Positions 1-14,576 of a DNA stretch of 64,000 nucleotides are shown here, in pieces. The DNA is taken from assembly GCA_030248215.1 (NCBI GenBank), contig JASANG010002537.1, positions 62,001-126,000 of the forward strand, written 5' to 3'. The position numbers and the translations under genes were made by a program. The stretch's first letter is position 1. Every line of letters starts with the position of its first letter. The DNA is from Enoplolaimus lenunculus (lineage: Eukaryota). The notes under the pieces were generated by a model. It was not told where the DNA came from and did no database searches. It saw nothing but the letters and a program-made list of their open reading frames with translations.

Positions 1-809
1 ATATTTCAAAAATTACTTTCAAAGTATTTTGCAATGCTTGTTTAACATTTTTGTTGTTGTGTAATGGTATATTTGTCAACGTAATTTTGGCTGTAAATTT
101 AGAGAACAAGGAATTTAATCGTTTTTAAAAATGATAAATTTTTGAAGCATTTTCAGATGTGAACCATGCGCGCGGTATAAAACGGATGCAGTAAACTAAA
201 AGCGGATTCTTAAGCCTATACGTCTAAAATCTAAGACTTAAAGCACAAAGGTTAATGCCGTGTTCATGATGTCTGACTTTGGTTCAAAACTGAACGCCCG
301 TGAAAAAAGTGGGACCGAGACATAAAATCGACATCTAGATTTTGTTCTGTGTTGGTAACCTTTTGTATATTTTCTACTATTTTACAGTGAACTATTGTTT
401 TATTCGTCCAATAAAACTGATATTTTAGCAAGCATCGTGGCTCGTTGACTAAATTTATTAATTTTTCTAACTTTTTGCTGTGTAAAACTCTAAAAATACT
501 TAATATATTTTACACCATAAAAACACGGATAAATATTCATAAGAGTGCGTCCGACGCAGTTTATATCGGGAATTACGAAAAAAACTGTATTATCAAAGAC
601 TATGTACAGAAGCGAAACTAAAATACCGCTTGACGCTCCTTCAATTGATAGTAACCCCTATAGAAAACCATATTCCCGATTTTATTTTAGAGCCAAAAAC
701 AAGCAATAATATTGTATTTATATTTACTAAAAGACGGATCCAAAATAAGTTGACTCAGAATCGAGTCAGTAGGCGGTAAGACAAGCAGTCCAACATAAGT
801 TTAATTTGT

Positions 810-990
810 GGGCATAGTAACGATGGCCCATGTTCCTTTAATGGGCGTCCAGGTTTCTGGTTGGTCGATAAAAGAGTAAGTTTAGATTCTAGATTACATT
901 TTTTGCTTAGGCTTAGGCTTAGGACCACATTCTTGCAACGCTTAGGCTTAGGCTTAGATTTAGGAATACGCTTAATCTACTGTTATGCCC
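810..990. mobile_element. Short TIR element built around degenerate TTAGGC telomere-like repeats
   Basis: GGGCATAGTAAC ... GTTATGCCC ends enclosing (GCTTAG)n. Near-identical partial copy at 17566-17665; family members at about 1005-1160, 10037-10190, 16690-16810, 19946-20110, 25125-25265, 53010-53255 and 53648-53812. Confidence 0.7.
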
Positions 991-2029
991 CTTAAAGTAG
1001 CATTGGCCGTAACGATCATGGGCAGACCGCTTTTCTGCAGGACTGCAATGGAGTAAGCGTAAGCTTTAAACTTTTGTTAAGGCACATACCTAAACTCATT
1101 CTTACGCTAAGGCTTAAGTTTGGCTTAGCCATTAATATGGTTATATTACTGTCACAGCCCTGTTCTATACATCGACCTATTCGCGTAATAGTTCGTATCA
1201 AGTTTAATTTTCATTGTTCTCAAATAATATTTAAATCGTTGATTTTAAGGGGTTCCTAAGGGCTGGGTTGTTTCGTACCCGAAAATTGTGGATCCGTCAT
1301 TGAAAACTAACCAATCAAAAACTAATCGAGTTATACACTGCGTATTACTACAGTTAAAAATACTACTACAGAGTAGCAAAAAAATTTAAATAATAAAAAT
1401 GAACTATAATTGTATATAATAGTTGCAAAACAGCACTGTAGTCTGTGCCAGTTCCAAATTCTACGTAACCCGAGGACTCATATTTTCTACGCGTTTTGAG
1501 GTGCCTGCGCATCCCAATTCTAATTACTCGGTGTATATTTCGCTGTGTGTTTTACGCTGTTAAGTCACTATTGAACTGAAAAAGTTTCATGGTACCCAGA
1601 TGTTATCAAAAGATAAGGACATGCATTTCTGGCCAAAATTTGTATGAGACGCACCAGCAACGGGGAGCATGAAAATGGTTTCAGATAAAATAAAAACTAT
1701 AGAAATAACGCTACTAAAAATATACTGTTCCGAGTTACCCAGTTGCGTTCGTAATCACATAGCTATCACGGCGAATTTTTACTTTTATGTACCGACTTTG
1801 AATACCAACTCAAACGGTGAGAGTGACACAAGGCTTTCAGTGTAACTTAATGGATACAACGGAAAAGTAGTAGTTACGAAACCGACATCTGGTCGTGTTC
1901 TATACATGAGCCTTTTTGCGGTACTTTTATAGCATCGTATCTCGTTGATTCAATGAGGTTAAATATTTCACTTTTGATTCTGATCGGAAAATTGTTTTGA
2001 TATTTAAACAAATACATCATATCTTCATG

Positions 2030-5000
2030 TTAGTGCGCTTTGAATATAAGCGCCATAGCTGTATTCGCCGCTGTGGCAGACTTCTTATCCTGAAACAAAT
2101 TAACACAGTAACGTTGTTAAGCCACACTACCTGGAAAATACTATCGGGTCCAAATGAGAGTGTATTAAAGGCATTTCAAAATTTAGCAGATGATATCCTG
2201 ATAATACCCTTCAGATGCGGGTCGGGTGAAGAACTTCGGGCTCGGGTATACCCGCGGCTAAAAATTTTCATCACGCGGGTAACAAAATTCACAGTTATCA
2301 CTCGCGGCAAACTTTTAGGTTTTAAGGTGGAAAAGGGTTTGGAATTTTGTTGTTTCGAGTAAAATTTCATTTTATAATGCATTGAAGCCATATCGCAAAA
2401 CTTCATTAAAGCGCGAATGACCAGTGATTTTTAAAATACTGGTATGACTTCAGTCGTGGGTAAAAGGTAAGTCGTGGGTAGATCTTTCTTGCGCGGGTAT
2501 ACCCGCGTGTAAAAAAATCTTGTTTGCGGGGGTAAAGCGGGGGTTGGGTAAAAAATCCTTACCCATTTCCCACTCTGATCCCATCACGACACAGTGTCTA
2601 AAAACCACAGGAAACAATATTTAACAGCATCGTTTTGCAACACGTATATTTTAGACTAAATAATTTTACAGCTATAGAAAACTATGATCTCGTATTCTGA
2701 AATATTTGCACCACAGCCATGTTAAATTTCAGAATAGAAAGTTTGGCAAATTTTAGAACGTGAACGTTCTTGTGTGCTACACACAAAGATACACGGTTAT
2801 TCGTTTGACGTAATAATATTAACAAAATATACTATTTTCAACCAACTTTAACATAATCTTCAATGAATCGATTGAGTGGAACATGATATCGAGCTTCAAA
2901 TTCATCGTTGATCGCGGAAAGGTCTTTGTCTTCTCGACCGCACGCGATTCGCAACACACAGTCAACCTGACCTTTCTGAAATAAAAACAACTTACTTTGT
3001 TGAAATGTCAATATTTTATGAATCGAAAAATGTCATTAAATCTCATACGTCAATCTAGCATATTTGCAATATATTTTTTATTATTTTAGATTTAACGGAA
3101 GAAATTTACCAACCACTCACAACAATAACTATAGTGGTCTTAAATTAACTGGAATGCCAATATTTTATAAAATATGCACCCCAACAAACTAAAATCAATA
3201 CGGCAGATTAGTGTAAGTAACGTTTGCAGTTTTGTGTTTTAATTTCAATTACACTTCGCTCTATTTTAAGTTAATATATAATTGTAAAAGATTTAAATAT
3301 TTTCCATTTTAAAAATGCAGAAGAGTAAAAATAAGTTTATTTGGGTTTCAAACGCTCATGCCAGGGCCCTTTTTGTAATTTGAAAAAATGTAATAACATA
3401 AACGCTGCATATTTTACCTTGACGCTGTTGTGAATCAATTCGGCAAAAAATCCAGGTCGGTTTTTAGCAGTTTTATCTAAAAGTGGTCAAAAATCCAATA
3501 ATTATCTCGATTAAATACATACTCGCAAAACTGCAACACCACACCAGAAATTTACACACAACAAAATTTAGTTTCATGAAAACAGAATGCAAACTGGCCA
3601 ACATAACAACTAATGTATCCTCAGATAGCTGGAACTTCTCGCTCAGCTGTCTAGTCGTACATGAACGCTTCTAGCACACTAAACGATATATGCTTTTCAA
3701 ACAATAGAGAGTAGTAGTAAAAATACGTTCTTTACATTCCTAAGGCTAAACCTAAACCTAAGCTACTTTTTCTCCGCTCTGTGTATATTCATATGTCGCC
3801 TTACATATCGCAAGCGCCACAAATTCAGCATCGGCCCCGAATTCTTTGATCAGAGTCGCTTCGAATTCTTTTCCACTTTGCGATTCGTATTGTTTTGCAA
3901 TTTCCAAAATTTGCGGATAACTTTCGGTAGTCAAAACTGATATGAAATTTTCGTCGGCGTCTTTTCGTTTCTCGAGTAGTTTCTGTAATACAAGGAGGTG
4001 CGTTTAGTTTTATCTAACAATGTGAGGTTGAGATATTTCTACTCTCATGTAAAAGAGAATAACACAGAAAAACACTAAACTGAAGAATCCGACGTGTAAC
4101 GAAACTGACCAAAAATCTTAAAAATTTAGGGAACATCAGCTGTTTTTTCTTTAAAATTTTAGAAGGTCTGGTGAATAATATTTGCATGTCTCAATTATAT
4201 TATCCAAAAAATTTAAGATCTTTTAAACTTTTCTTCAACATGAGAGTTAATCGTTTCCGTTATTTTTACTTTCTGTTTACACCCTGAGAACCAATGATAA
4301 ATACGAAAAAGTCAATTTGTACTAAGTAATGAAATCACAAAGGTGCCCTCTTATTGCGAGAATATGCTCAAATTCTAAATCTGAGTTTAAAGATTTCACG
4401 TCGGAAAAGTTCACACCCGAGGTTTTGATACCTACTGTTGATTTCGTTTCCCAGTGTTCTCGTATGATGCAGAATCCGTTACTACAGCAGGAACTGCGTT
4501 TCACAGCAATCAAGAACAGGAACAAACACTCATTTTTTTACCGGACCAGGAACAGTAACCGGAATAGAGACATTGCAAAAGTATTGCACCATCATATTTT
4601 ACTGCAAATTGACTATAATTTGCAATAAAATATACTGTTCCGTTGATTGTTTTGTATTTTGGTTGGTCAGTTTTTCAACTTATACAAAGCATGTGTCGAC
4701 CGACGAATGTGAAGACGAAATACAAGTTGTGAAAAGCAAACTGAGTTTCAACAAAATTCTCGAAATGTAAATTTTTGTAATTTTTCAATTTATTTTTTAT
4801 AATATCGCCATAAAATTCTAATAATTCAAATTCCACTGCGTTTCAACGCCCGGAACACGAACAGAAACAAGAATTGAATCTTTCCACGAGTTTCAGTGAA
4901 ACCTGGTCGTAGGACACATAATAGTGGAAAAAGCTCGCAAGCAAAGTAAGCGACAAGTAAAACGCAATTTTTGTATTCGGTGCCTCAGTTTCAGAGACAA

Positions 5001-8000
5001 AAAGTATAATATTAATTATGACAGAAATTAATTTCTAACAGATAACATTAATATCACATTTAAAACTGTGACAGCAATATAGCAACAAATTAGTATACCA
5101 CTTACCTGAGCGGTGTAATATGCTCGTTGTTGGTCCACATGATGGTCTTCTCTTCGTTTTGCCTAAAACAAAAAATGACAATATTAAAAATATTTCGTTT
5201 CGTGAAACTGCAAATGTAGCAACAAATAGCGCTGAATAAGTTTTCAACTTGATCTGGAAAGTTCACAATACAGACTCAATCTAACAATGAAGTTGTCGAA
5301 GTTGATTTGGATAAAGGAGATTCCTGAAGTATTTCAAGATAGTGAATATAAACGTTATCTATAAATAGATGTACTAAAAATTTAGTATCGCTAAACTGAA
5401 CTATGTATATCAGTTCATCAAAATCATCACTGTAAGTTATTGTTCATCAATTGCTATACCACACACGCTGTGCAGTGATTTGCGTAGAAGAAGCGGTCCG
5501 TCTACTGGACTAGTAAATAGGGGGACTCAGGGATTCAGAGACTGACAAGCTCATTCTTACTCGTAGCATTAAGCTGGAGGTTCGCTACTGGGAGCCCACT
5601 GAAGATTTCACCCGATTAATTTTACGTTCCTTACTTTTTTGGGAATAAAATATCATCAGTATGAATTAAACATACCCTTTCGTTCTGATCATATGTGTTA
5701 TACATTTGATCTACATTTATTATTTACTCGGTTGTTTTTGGCTATGTACTTAGTTGCAGGCGTCTCTAAACACTGTCTAGTGCAACTGTTGCTTTATTGA
5801 AAATTCTCCAACCCCCCTCAGAAATTTCCCCCGGTTGTGAACCGGAGGTGCAGTAGATGCGCAACACTCCGCCAGGCCTCAGCAAATAGCCAGATAGACA
5901 TATACTTACGATTATGACTGGGCTTAGGTTTATGCTTAGATTTAGGCTGATGCTTAAGACGCAGGCACATACAGGTTACATGGACCGAAGTGGTAAGGAA
6001 ATGTTATTCTTTTTGCAATGAACAATTTTAAACAAAAAGCTAAATACGAATTTTTACCTTTTAGGAAAGTATTTTTCAGTTGTTTTTTAAAAAACGTTAC
6101 ATATTTGAAATGCGTGTATATTGCACACGCTGCAATGGCGTTCACAGAAACTTGCATTTGGAGGATGCCGAAAAATTTTGAGTAGAGGCGGATCCAAAAA
6201 TTTTAACGGGGAGCGAAGGTAACAAATTTTACAAAACGCAAAATTTGTAAGGTAGGGACCTTTTATCTTTTTATCACCAAAAAATTTCTGAGGGCGAAAA
6301 ATTGTAAGGTAGGGATCTTACTATTTTATCACAAAAAATTCTGCGACAAAAATTGTTTTTTACAAAAAATTTCTGAGAGCGAAAAATTGCAAGGTAGGGA
6401 TCTAACCATTTTAACACAAAAAATTTCTAACGGGGGCGTACACTCCCGCCGCCTGTCTCCTATGGATCCGCTAGTGATTTTGAGTTGCCCTTGTTGTTTA
6501 AACTGTTAAAAATCGGAATAAATCCAAAACACAATTATAATCACACTGTCTGACCGAGTATATTTGCGGAGCAGGAGCACCAGCTAAATTTGGGGGTTTG
6601 ACGCAACCGCTAGATCCCCCCGTGGGGACGCCCTTGACGCGTTGAAAATGTAACTGGAAATAGTCAAGAAGCAAAACGAAAATGGCTATTTTACCTCACA
6701 TAACGCAAGGCAAATTGTTTTGTAGTCACCGGAAGTGTCGGATGCAACGTCGTCTTTCAAATTTTGACCAAACCCTGAAATCACAATCAAGACACTAACA
6801 ACAATTATTTACCCACACATGCGACGCTTCGTCTCAGATTAACATACCGCAGGGTCGTACGATGACTTGTGGGGTGCTTTTTCTACACGGAACTGTTTAG
6901 AATTTAATATTTCATAAACTGACTGGCTTTTTGTTGGCACCGTCGAAATGTACTGCCAAACATTAATCTAAATCACAGGCTGTGAACACAGCTTCAAAAA
7001 ACAACGCAGATTTTGGTGTCAAAACAGTACAAGATTCTGAAATTGTTCGCAGAGGGCAAAGCGAGCAAAAAAGCCAAACACCGTTTTTGACAAGAGTTTC
7101 AATACAAAATTTTATTATTTTTACGAGATCGGCTAAACGAATGAGTACAAAACTTATCTAAGCAACTAAATAAGCAGTTGACGCATGGTAACTGTGACAG
7201 AAATTTTGCGAGCGTAGTGAGAGATAGGTGCGCTGTCATGATTTTCAGTTGACAGTGGTATAGGCAACTAAAAGTTACAGTAAAGGTTAATTTTAGAAGA
7301 ATTACCTAGCGAGGCAAATGGAAAGCGATACGCAACTTTAAAATTGACGTGGCGGGCCAGTAGCCAAGGGGGGCGGCAGAAGGGCTCAGCCCCCCGGAAA
7401 AATTTTATGCCTGGATGGACAAAGTATACTAGAATTTTAAGTTTAATTTAAACTACCATATTTTTAAGTTAGGGCGAGTTCAAGCTAAACATATTTTTTG
7501 ATTTGAGACATACCTGCTATTCAGAAACTATGTAGTTTTTATAATTCATTAAGTTAAGACGAAACTACAAATATGTCCGTTTTCAAATTAGTTTAAGCGT
7601 AATCCACGAGGTAGTTTAGTTAATCTGAAAAGTTAGTTGGATACCGCGTGTTAAGTTTAAGCATAAATCGCGTTAGTTTAAAACATTTAGATAGTAGTTG
7701 CATTTTTATTCCAGTAAAATTAATCTTGTTACATTTCCCCAGAACAATCCAACTGTACGTGAATTTTCCTTGCCGCGTATATTAGTCAACCAAGGTGCAT
7801 TTTCAATCTGAAAGATTTCACCTGGGCAAGGTTTCAGATTTTCTAATCCAGGGCTGGCCTGGCATACTACTCATTGATGTCACAGTTCAAAGCTAATAAA
7901 ATCCATTGCTAACTGATGATAGTTGCATAGAACGCACAGCTGCAAAATACCGCTCGAACCAAAATTGAAACTATTAATTTTAACTTACAGTGACGATAAG

Positions 8001-10289
8001 CGTAACTCGCTGCTCGAATTTCATCGTTGTTACGCGTTGCAAGCAATTCGGACAGTGCTTCTTCTCGGGTTCCCATTCCCTAAAATTCATGTAAGCCCAA
8101 GGTTTCAACTTTATACCTTTTTAGGGCACCAAACACTGACGGATCCAACAAAGATCGCCTCCCAAGCCCTAACCCTTCATCACAGAAAGTATCCGAACCA
8201 AAATGTGGTAGTAACATTTAGCACTAAATTGAGGTTCAGATTAACACTCGTTTTGCTCGCAAGGTGTTTTCACTGATAACGTGTGATTCCAGGAGTCAAA
8301 AATTTGAGGACCCACCACTGACACCAAATGATATGTGGAGCCGCAGCCAAACATAATTATTATCGTCAAAACACATAATTGCACTATTGTTTTTAGTATC
8401 CTATATTTACAATTGACTTATGCAGAACGTGCAAAATTGCAATAAATGATGCTTATTGTTTAAGCCCTACACTTCGGCAACAAAGGTGTATACATACAAG
8501 GCCTGAAGCGATGCAAGAAACATAATTCCTATATTTTCTATATACTGACGAGAGAACAAACCGCACTATACTTTCTGGATCGCACACATCAAGCAAATTT
8601 CATTACCTGAGCTTATATCCCTATCGATCGAAAATACTGTCTAGAAGGGTACCGGCTCCGGCTCCGGTATTTTTCACCTCCGGTTGCACCATGCTGGCTA
8701 CGCCCCCTGTGCTGCAGGATTTTTAATGACGAACGCTGAAATATATTATGACTATATGCCACACGTTTTACATTGAAATTCAGCTCAATAGGATAAATCT
8801 TGAAAAATACCACGCCCACCTTCATTGAGTTATATAGTTCCTTGGCGTCGTAGTCTTCAGGTAAAGTTGTCAAAGCGATCAGTACATTTTCGTGGCCTTT
8901 GAACACTTTGTTTGCACTATCAACCAATTCCTGAAACAAAAAGTTAACTTGAATAACAAAAACTTTAGGTTCTCACCAAGTTGTTATTAAGCATAAATAA
9001 CAAAAAAACAAAGTATAGTAAAATTTCTTACGTCGTTAATAATCGGTTCATTCCTTACTGTAATTTCTACGACTGTACGAAATGAATATTTTTGACAATA
9101 TTCTTTTAACCTTCCAAGCCATTTGCGCAATCCAAAATATTCCGTTGATGAAGAATTGTTTTTGTGTTTGAAAATCCTACAGTTTCCAATGCATGCTTAG
9201 CAGGTATTTCAGCATTACAAAATTATACAAATTACACAGAAAGCGAACAAATTTACAACTCGCGTTGTAACTGAGTCATAATTTCAGTTGTTGATATAGA
9301 AATCACATGATGATGTTTAGCTTAACAATTTACATCGCAAAAATTTTAAGCACAGCAAGGCTGATAGAAGGATGCACATTTGATCCCGTTGGTTCTACCA
9401 AGCGTGCAAACAACAACATTCATTTTGTACCTCCTGTATTCTACAATACTTAATTTAAAATTTGGGTGAACTTATTACCATTTATTTTGAAAAACATTAC
9501 GGCATCAAAACAATAATGTTGGATTTTCTATATTTTTCAACTTAATTCCAAAGATTTTAGATTATTTTTGGACAAAAAACAATACAAGAAAACTAACCTC
9601 TTTAAACATTGTTCTGTAAGCTCGCTTTATTGACTGTCGAGTTGAGTTCGGTCGATCGCGAAGGACTTGAAGAATTTGATCCAGACCTAAAAAATTAAGA
9701 ATAAGTTTCACATTGATGCAATATTCTAGAGCTCGTGTTTAAGAGATTTTTTATAATTCCGGAATGAGCGGTCAGGTTGCGCTAAAATATAACCGGCCTC
9801 GTTAACAAGTTTATTGTTAAAAGAAAAAACTAAGCATTCATAGTGATGCTTGGAATGGATATTGTATCTATGCGTTTCGGCAGGATTAGGCAGCATATAA
9901 GTATTTAAAAAAGAAATAAAATACTTAACAAAATCACGTGCATTCCAAATTTAGTTGCAAATTTAAGTTTAAACACGCGCACGAGCGCGTGGATTTGACT
10001 CGTTGTATTGAAATTATGGCCAATGTAAAGAAAAGGTGTGGAACAGTAGTATAAAGCATATTCCTGAGTCTAAGTTTAAGCCCAAGCGTTAGAATGAGCT
10101 TATACCTAAAGCAAAAAATAGTCTAAATCTTGAGCTTAATAGTCCCACAGAAAAACGTTTCGCCCCTGATCTTTACATTGGCAGGAAATATTAATCAAAA
10201 AGTGCTTCTACTTTACCTCCATCTGCCTTTGATTCAACGATTTGCCGAATATAACGGGCGTCATTTTTGTCGTTTTCAGTAATCATCAT
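2030..10289 (-). CDS. Annexin, downstream paralog 'B', ~308 aa, 10 coding exons; the N-terminus may extend further via an unidentified upstream exon
   Basis: Exons in transcript order: 10289-10217, 9686-9598, 8930-8820, 8079-7989, 6774-6695, 5162-5106, 3982-3805, 3476-3418, 2975-2847, 2089-2030. All introns are GT-AG with matching phases; 927 nt total ending TAA. Translation includes DARYIRQIVE..., LPEDYDAKELYNSMKGMGTREEALSELLATRNNDEI...DDVASDTSGDYK, KNRPGFFAELIHNSVK and VLRIACGREDKDL, i.e. the four-repeat annexin core. Confidence 0.88.
6184..6476. mobile_element. MITE, GGCGGATCC family, with internal AAAATTGTAAGGTAGGGA repeats
   Basis: AGAGGCGGATCC ... GGATCCGCTAGTG ends; three ~60-90 bp internal subrepeats. 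Relatives at about 24016-24240, 30190-30325 and 54930-55120. Confidence 0.7.
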
Positions 10290-13200
10290 TAATGTGCGAT
10301 ACTAAATTGGCGTTGTCGGAATGTAAAATTAGCTAGAAAGTTTAACTGTCAATACAGTTTACTGTTATAATTGTAACCAATAAATCAACTGCTAAAATGA
10401 GAGTCAACTTCCACACTACAATCCATACTCACTTGATGCATCGAAATAATTGCGAACGGTAGCGGATAACATACAAATTTTGGTTGCAATGGCAAAATAT
10501 GGCGTAAAATCTGTACACTCGCAAGTTTTGGTTCTATCAAGACCGTCTCATAGAACGAAACGGCCGCAAATGGAGGCACATCACCCCGGCCTGGTAAAAC
10601 AGAGCTAATTCATATGTTTTGTCGAAGTAACGTCAAAAATTGAATTCTTCACTACGCTCCTGCCACGAAGTCCGAATTGCAGACAGCTAATTTCAGCTAA
10701 ATGTAATCCTTTGATGAAATGCTAAATTGGCCTTTTTAAAAACATTTGCATAGGCCAGGGCCGGAGCAGCCCCATATACCCCCATTAGGTGTGCCACCAA
10801 AAAAAGATTCCGTCCCTAATAAGATTGTTTAAAATTTTAAAAATTTTAGTCATCGTACGGGGCCCTTACCCCAGAATTTGGGAGATTACCATAGCCTGCT
10901 TCGGCACTGTGTGTCGCACACCTTGAAAAGATGAAACCACAACGCCTAATTTACGACAAACTTTCACACCCCGGGATGTTCGCAGTTGCAAGTGTGCAAT
11001 GAAGACAAAATTTTGATAACCTTGAGTTTTTTGGTGAGTCTGTGTTTCAAAACAATCACAGCTCTGTAGTCGTTAAACGTTAAATTTGTTAAATTATTCA
11101 TACTGTTTCAATATCGAAAAAGCTGTAGTATACGCCGTTCTTGTGACATAGTCTCCAGTACGGGCAGCCAAAGGAGAAGACACCTACCACCCCTACGGAG
11201 ATCTTCGACCACTTCCCTAAATGAAGCATTTTTACAGTGGGGAATGATTTCTGTTACAAAAATGTTTTCCGATCTTTCAATATTAATTGAACCTCGTCTA
11301 CTAACAATTCCTGACTGCGGGGGTGGTGAAAATAAAATTATAATTTTTATAGTCTGATTCATCTCGTTTACGCCTATTTTAATCGCAAACTTAAATTTCA
11401 GGAAGTATAGTCATACGTTTTGGAATAAAGGTCCGCTATATCTGTGATATACGTTGAATTAAATGTGAAAACAAGTGATTGAGAGAACTTGTTTTCCCTG
11501 ACCTTATTTTCGTCAGGCCCGTGGTCAGTTGAACATGCTAGGAGGGTATCAAAACAATTTCAAAAGAGGCAAAGATTGACTTGTTACAAGCGGATTTGAC
11601 AATTTTTGCGTATCCAGCAACAGTTTAAATTGAATGTGACAAACCTACAAGGGCACTTTGACCGCTGCAATTTTTTGGCTTGTGGATTCGTTGTTTTGCT
11701 GATATTGAAATCCCACCACCGGTGACGGAGTTACAAATCAGTTCTATTTGAAAACAGTTTCTGCAATAAATACGAAATTTAAATTAAACGCAAGAAATTT
11801 CTCGTTTGCATCAGTATTCATGAATTTTGAATAGCAAATTTATATAAGGAGTAATAATAGCAAAATAAGCGTTGGCAAAATTGTCACATGCCGTCAAGCT
11901 ATTAAGGTTTGGGTTCAATCAATTAGGACACTCGAAAAAACCCAGTGCTGAAGGTAGCAGTCACTATTCGACGGGATGACGTCGCCCTCATGAGAGGATT
12001 AATTCAGATGATCCAAAGAATAATTAAGCACACTGCTGTAAAAATTAGGCAGGATTTTGCTTAATTCAATACCTTCGTATGCTCTAAAAAAGCATCGCGT
12101 CTGAAGCAGTACGCAATTTTTTCGACTAAATTAAGCATTACAATGCTTTATTTATTTTTTCGTTGCAGCGAAGGGTGCAACCGGAAGTGGTGAAAGAACC
12201 GGAGCTGGATCCAATGGACAGCAAATTGTGCCATTGCTGAAATCGGAACCAGTAATGAAACAAAATGAGATTGTAAAAATTATGTTGAATTTGTAAATTT
12301 TAACAATACTGTGTTAATCGTTGCATTTTTAACCTTTGTTTTTGAGAAATTTCGTCAATGCAACCTTTTAAAATGGCAGTAAAATTAGAAGCAAACTCAA
12401 TGAACAGCACTACTTATTTTCCGGAACCTCTAGCTACAATTTAACCGGAGGTCGATATTCTGCTGGCGCTTGGGTCGGAGACGCCGACCGTAGATTGTAC
12501 CCTGTTCAAACAGTTACATGCGTGGAAGAATAACATTCGTAACAAAATGTGCTTTACGAAATTCAAAAGCATTCGTTATTTCTGCACTAAACATGCTATT
12601 TTCTTGGCGTTCTAAACAGAAGCCGACGGTTCGAACCCGTAGCCGAGGGCCGCCAGGGGGCTCAGCCTTTTAGTAAAAAATTTGCCCCCCCCCCCAAAAA
12701 AAAATTTCAACTTTGCCTGTAAAGTCATTGAAAACCTTGCTTGTATGCGCTGCCTGAAAAGTTTTAGACCCCAATCCAGCAAGGTAAGCTGACTACGGGC
12801 TTGCGACGGTTAATTTAATATTTGCTCGGCCAAAGGCAGATCGACAGCTCACCTTCATTAGCTCTCCTGCAAGTGCAAATCACCTCATGTCAAATATTCC
12901 TATTTTCCGTTGTAAATGTGAGAATACAATGTTGTAATCCTACTTATATCATACATATGCTGCACAATCAGTGGCAGACGCTGAAATTTCGCACTACGAA
13001 TCCCGCAATATAAACTAGTGCAAAAAGCTCGTGAGCGATGCCATCAAGAAGCCAAACGCAATTTTATTACGAAATCTAAAAACGCAAAAGGTTGGTTATG
13101 ACGCCTATTGGGGAGGGCCTAGGCCTAAATGGCCCCACTTTTAGATCCTAGCGAATGTGTACGATGCAGATAAAACTTTACTGACGCAACAATCTTTCCA

Positions 13201-13664
13201 ATATATATACATCTATACCATTCAGCTATATACTTTTAACGTAAAACACTCTACTATACAGTACTAAATAACGTTTGTGCTGTATAAAACTAAATTTATC
13301 GCTCAACTTTAACATTTTATTCAATGCCACGCCTGGGCCGTAGCCAGCTCACCATGTAGGGGGCTAAAATTTTTCCGGACGGGCATACAAGGGTTTTCGT
13401 TAAAAACAAGTTTGAAAATTTTGGAGGGGGTGGCAAAATTCTTGCTAGGGGTTAAGAACCCATACCCCCTTAGCTAAGAACCCGTGCAATGCAATGATAT
13501 AATATTATCCTAGTCAGAGACGAATCGAAAATTTCATTTCAAAGGGTACGGAACGAGCTAGAAAACTAATGCCTTAGATTACTCCAAAGGCTGATAGTTC
13601 TTTTTTTCCTTCAGGAATTTCGGAAAGATTGATTCATCTCTTCTTTTTCTATTCGCCATGATCC

Positions 13665-13722
13665 TGCTATTACTACTACTATTTCTACTACACTACTACT
13701 ACTACTACCACTACAACTACAA
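13665..13722. repeat. (ACT)n microsatellite
   Basis: ctattactactactatttctactacactactactactactaccactacaactac. Confidence 0.85.
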
Positions 13723-14576
13723 GCATCGGCCGAATTCCTAGTAAATGTAGTGTTACTGTTGAGGATGCTCGAGATAAAGTTTGAATTTTATTGGCAAAGC
13801 ATATTTTATTGAGTTGAGACTTCCGCGTACAGCCATCCTATTCATAGCTCGTCAATATTTGCACGTTTAGAAAGTAATATTGCGAAACAGGAGTCGCCGT
13901 TGGTATCTTGCTATATTTGTTGATCGGAATCGTCAAATCGTTTTCATCAAAATAACAAATTACCCCCATATAGGTCCGTAGCCAGCTCACCTTGATATAA
14001 GGGTTAAAAAATATTCAGGATGGGCATACAAGGGTATTCGTTGACTTACAAATAAGGTTGAAAATTTTTTAAAGAGGCCAAAGTTTCGGTATTTTCTCAA
14101 CACGTTAACGGTACCGCGGCTACCGCGCCCCTGCACTCCTAAGTAGGGGTATAGGAAACATGCGGGCGCCCCGGCAATACCAATCCGTCATGTTATTTCA
14201 AATACTAATTTATTCTCTTGTTTGGCTTCCGCTGAGATTATATATTGTGCCCCCGCGTATGATGCACTCCCTTTTTTTGGATAAAATGCTGCATCCTTAT
14301 TTGATCAGTGGCGTAAAAGGTGTAACTGTTGGGGACGCCAACGGCTATTACTATTGCGCCACGAAAACTGCGTTAAGCCTATAGTTCGCTTCGCTGCCGA
14401 GGTTTTTTATTTTCACATTACATATTTCGCCACACCTCACAAATTGTTGGATCCGCCACGCGCCAGCTGATCTTTACCGGAATACCGAGTGTATAGAGAT
14501 TTAATACAATAGGTATGCCTCTCAGAAGCTTCATTTACGAGTTCGACTCAGTCCGCATAAAAATCAGACAGGATGT

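Noticed and set aside
810..990. True telomere or chromosome end
   Set aside because: The repeats are short, degenerate, in both orientations and bounded by conserved element ends; they are interstitial.
13600..13790. Possible exon with a Thr-rich or Leu-rich run
   Set aside because: It is explained by an (ACT)n microsatellite; frames from the acceptor hit stops and no partner exons were found.
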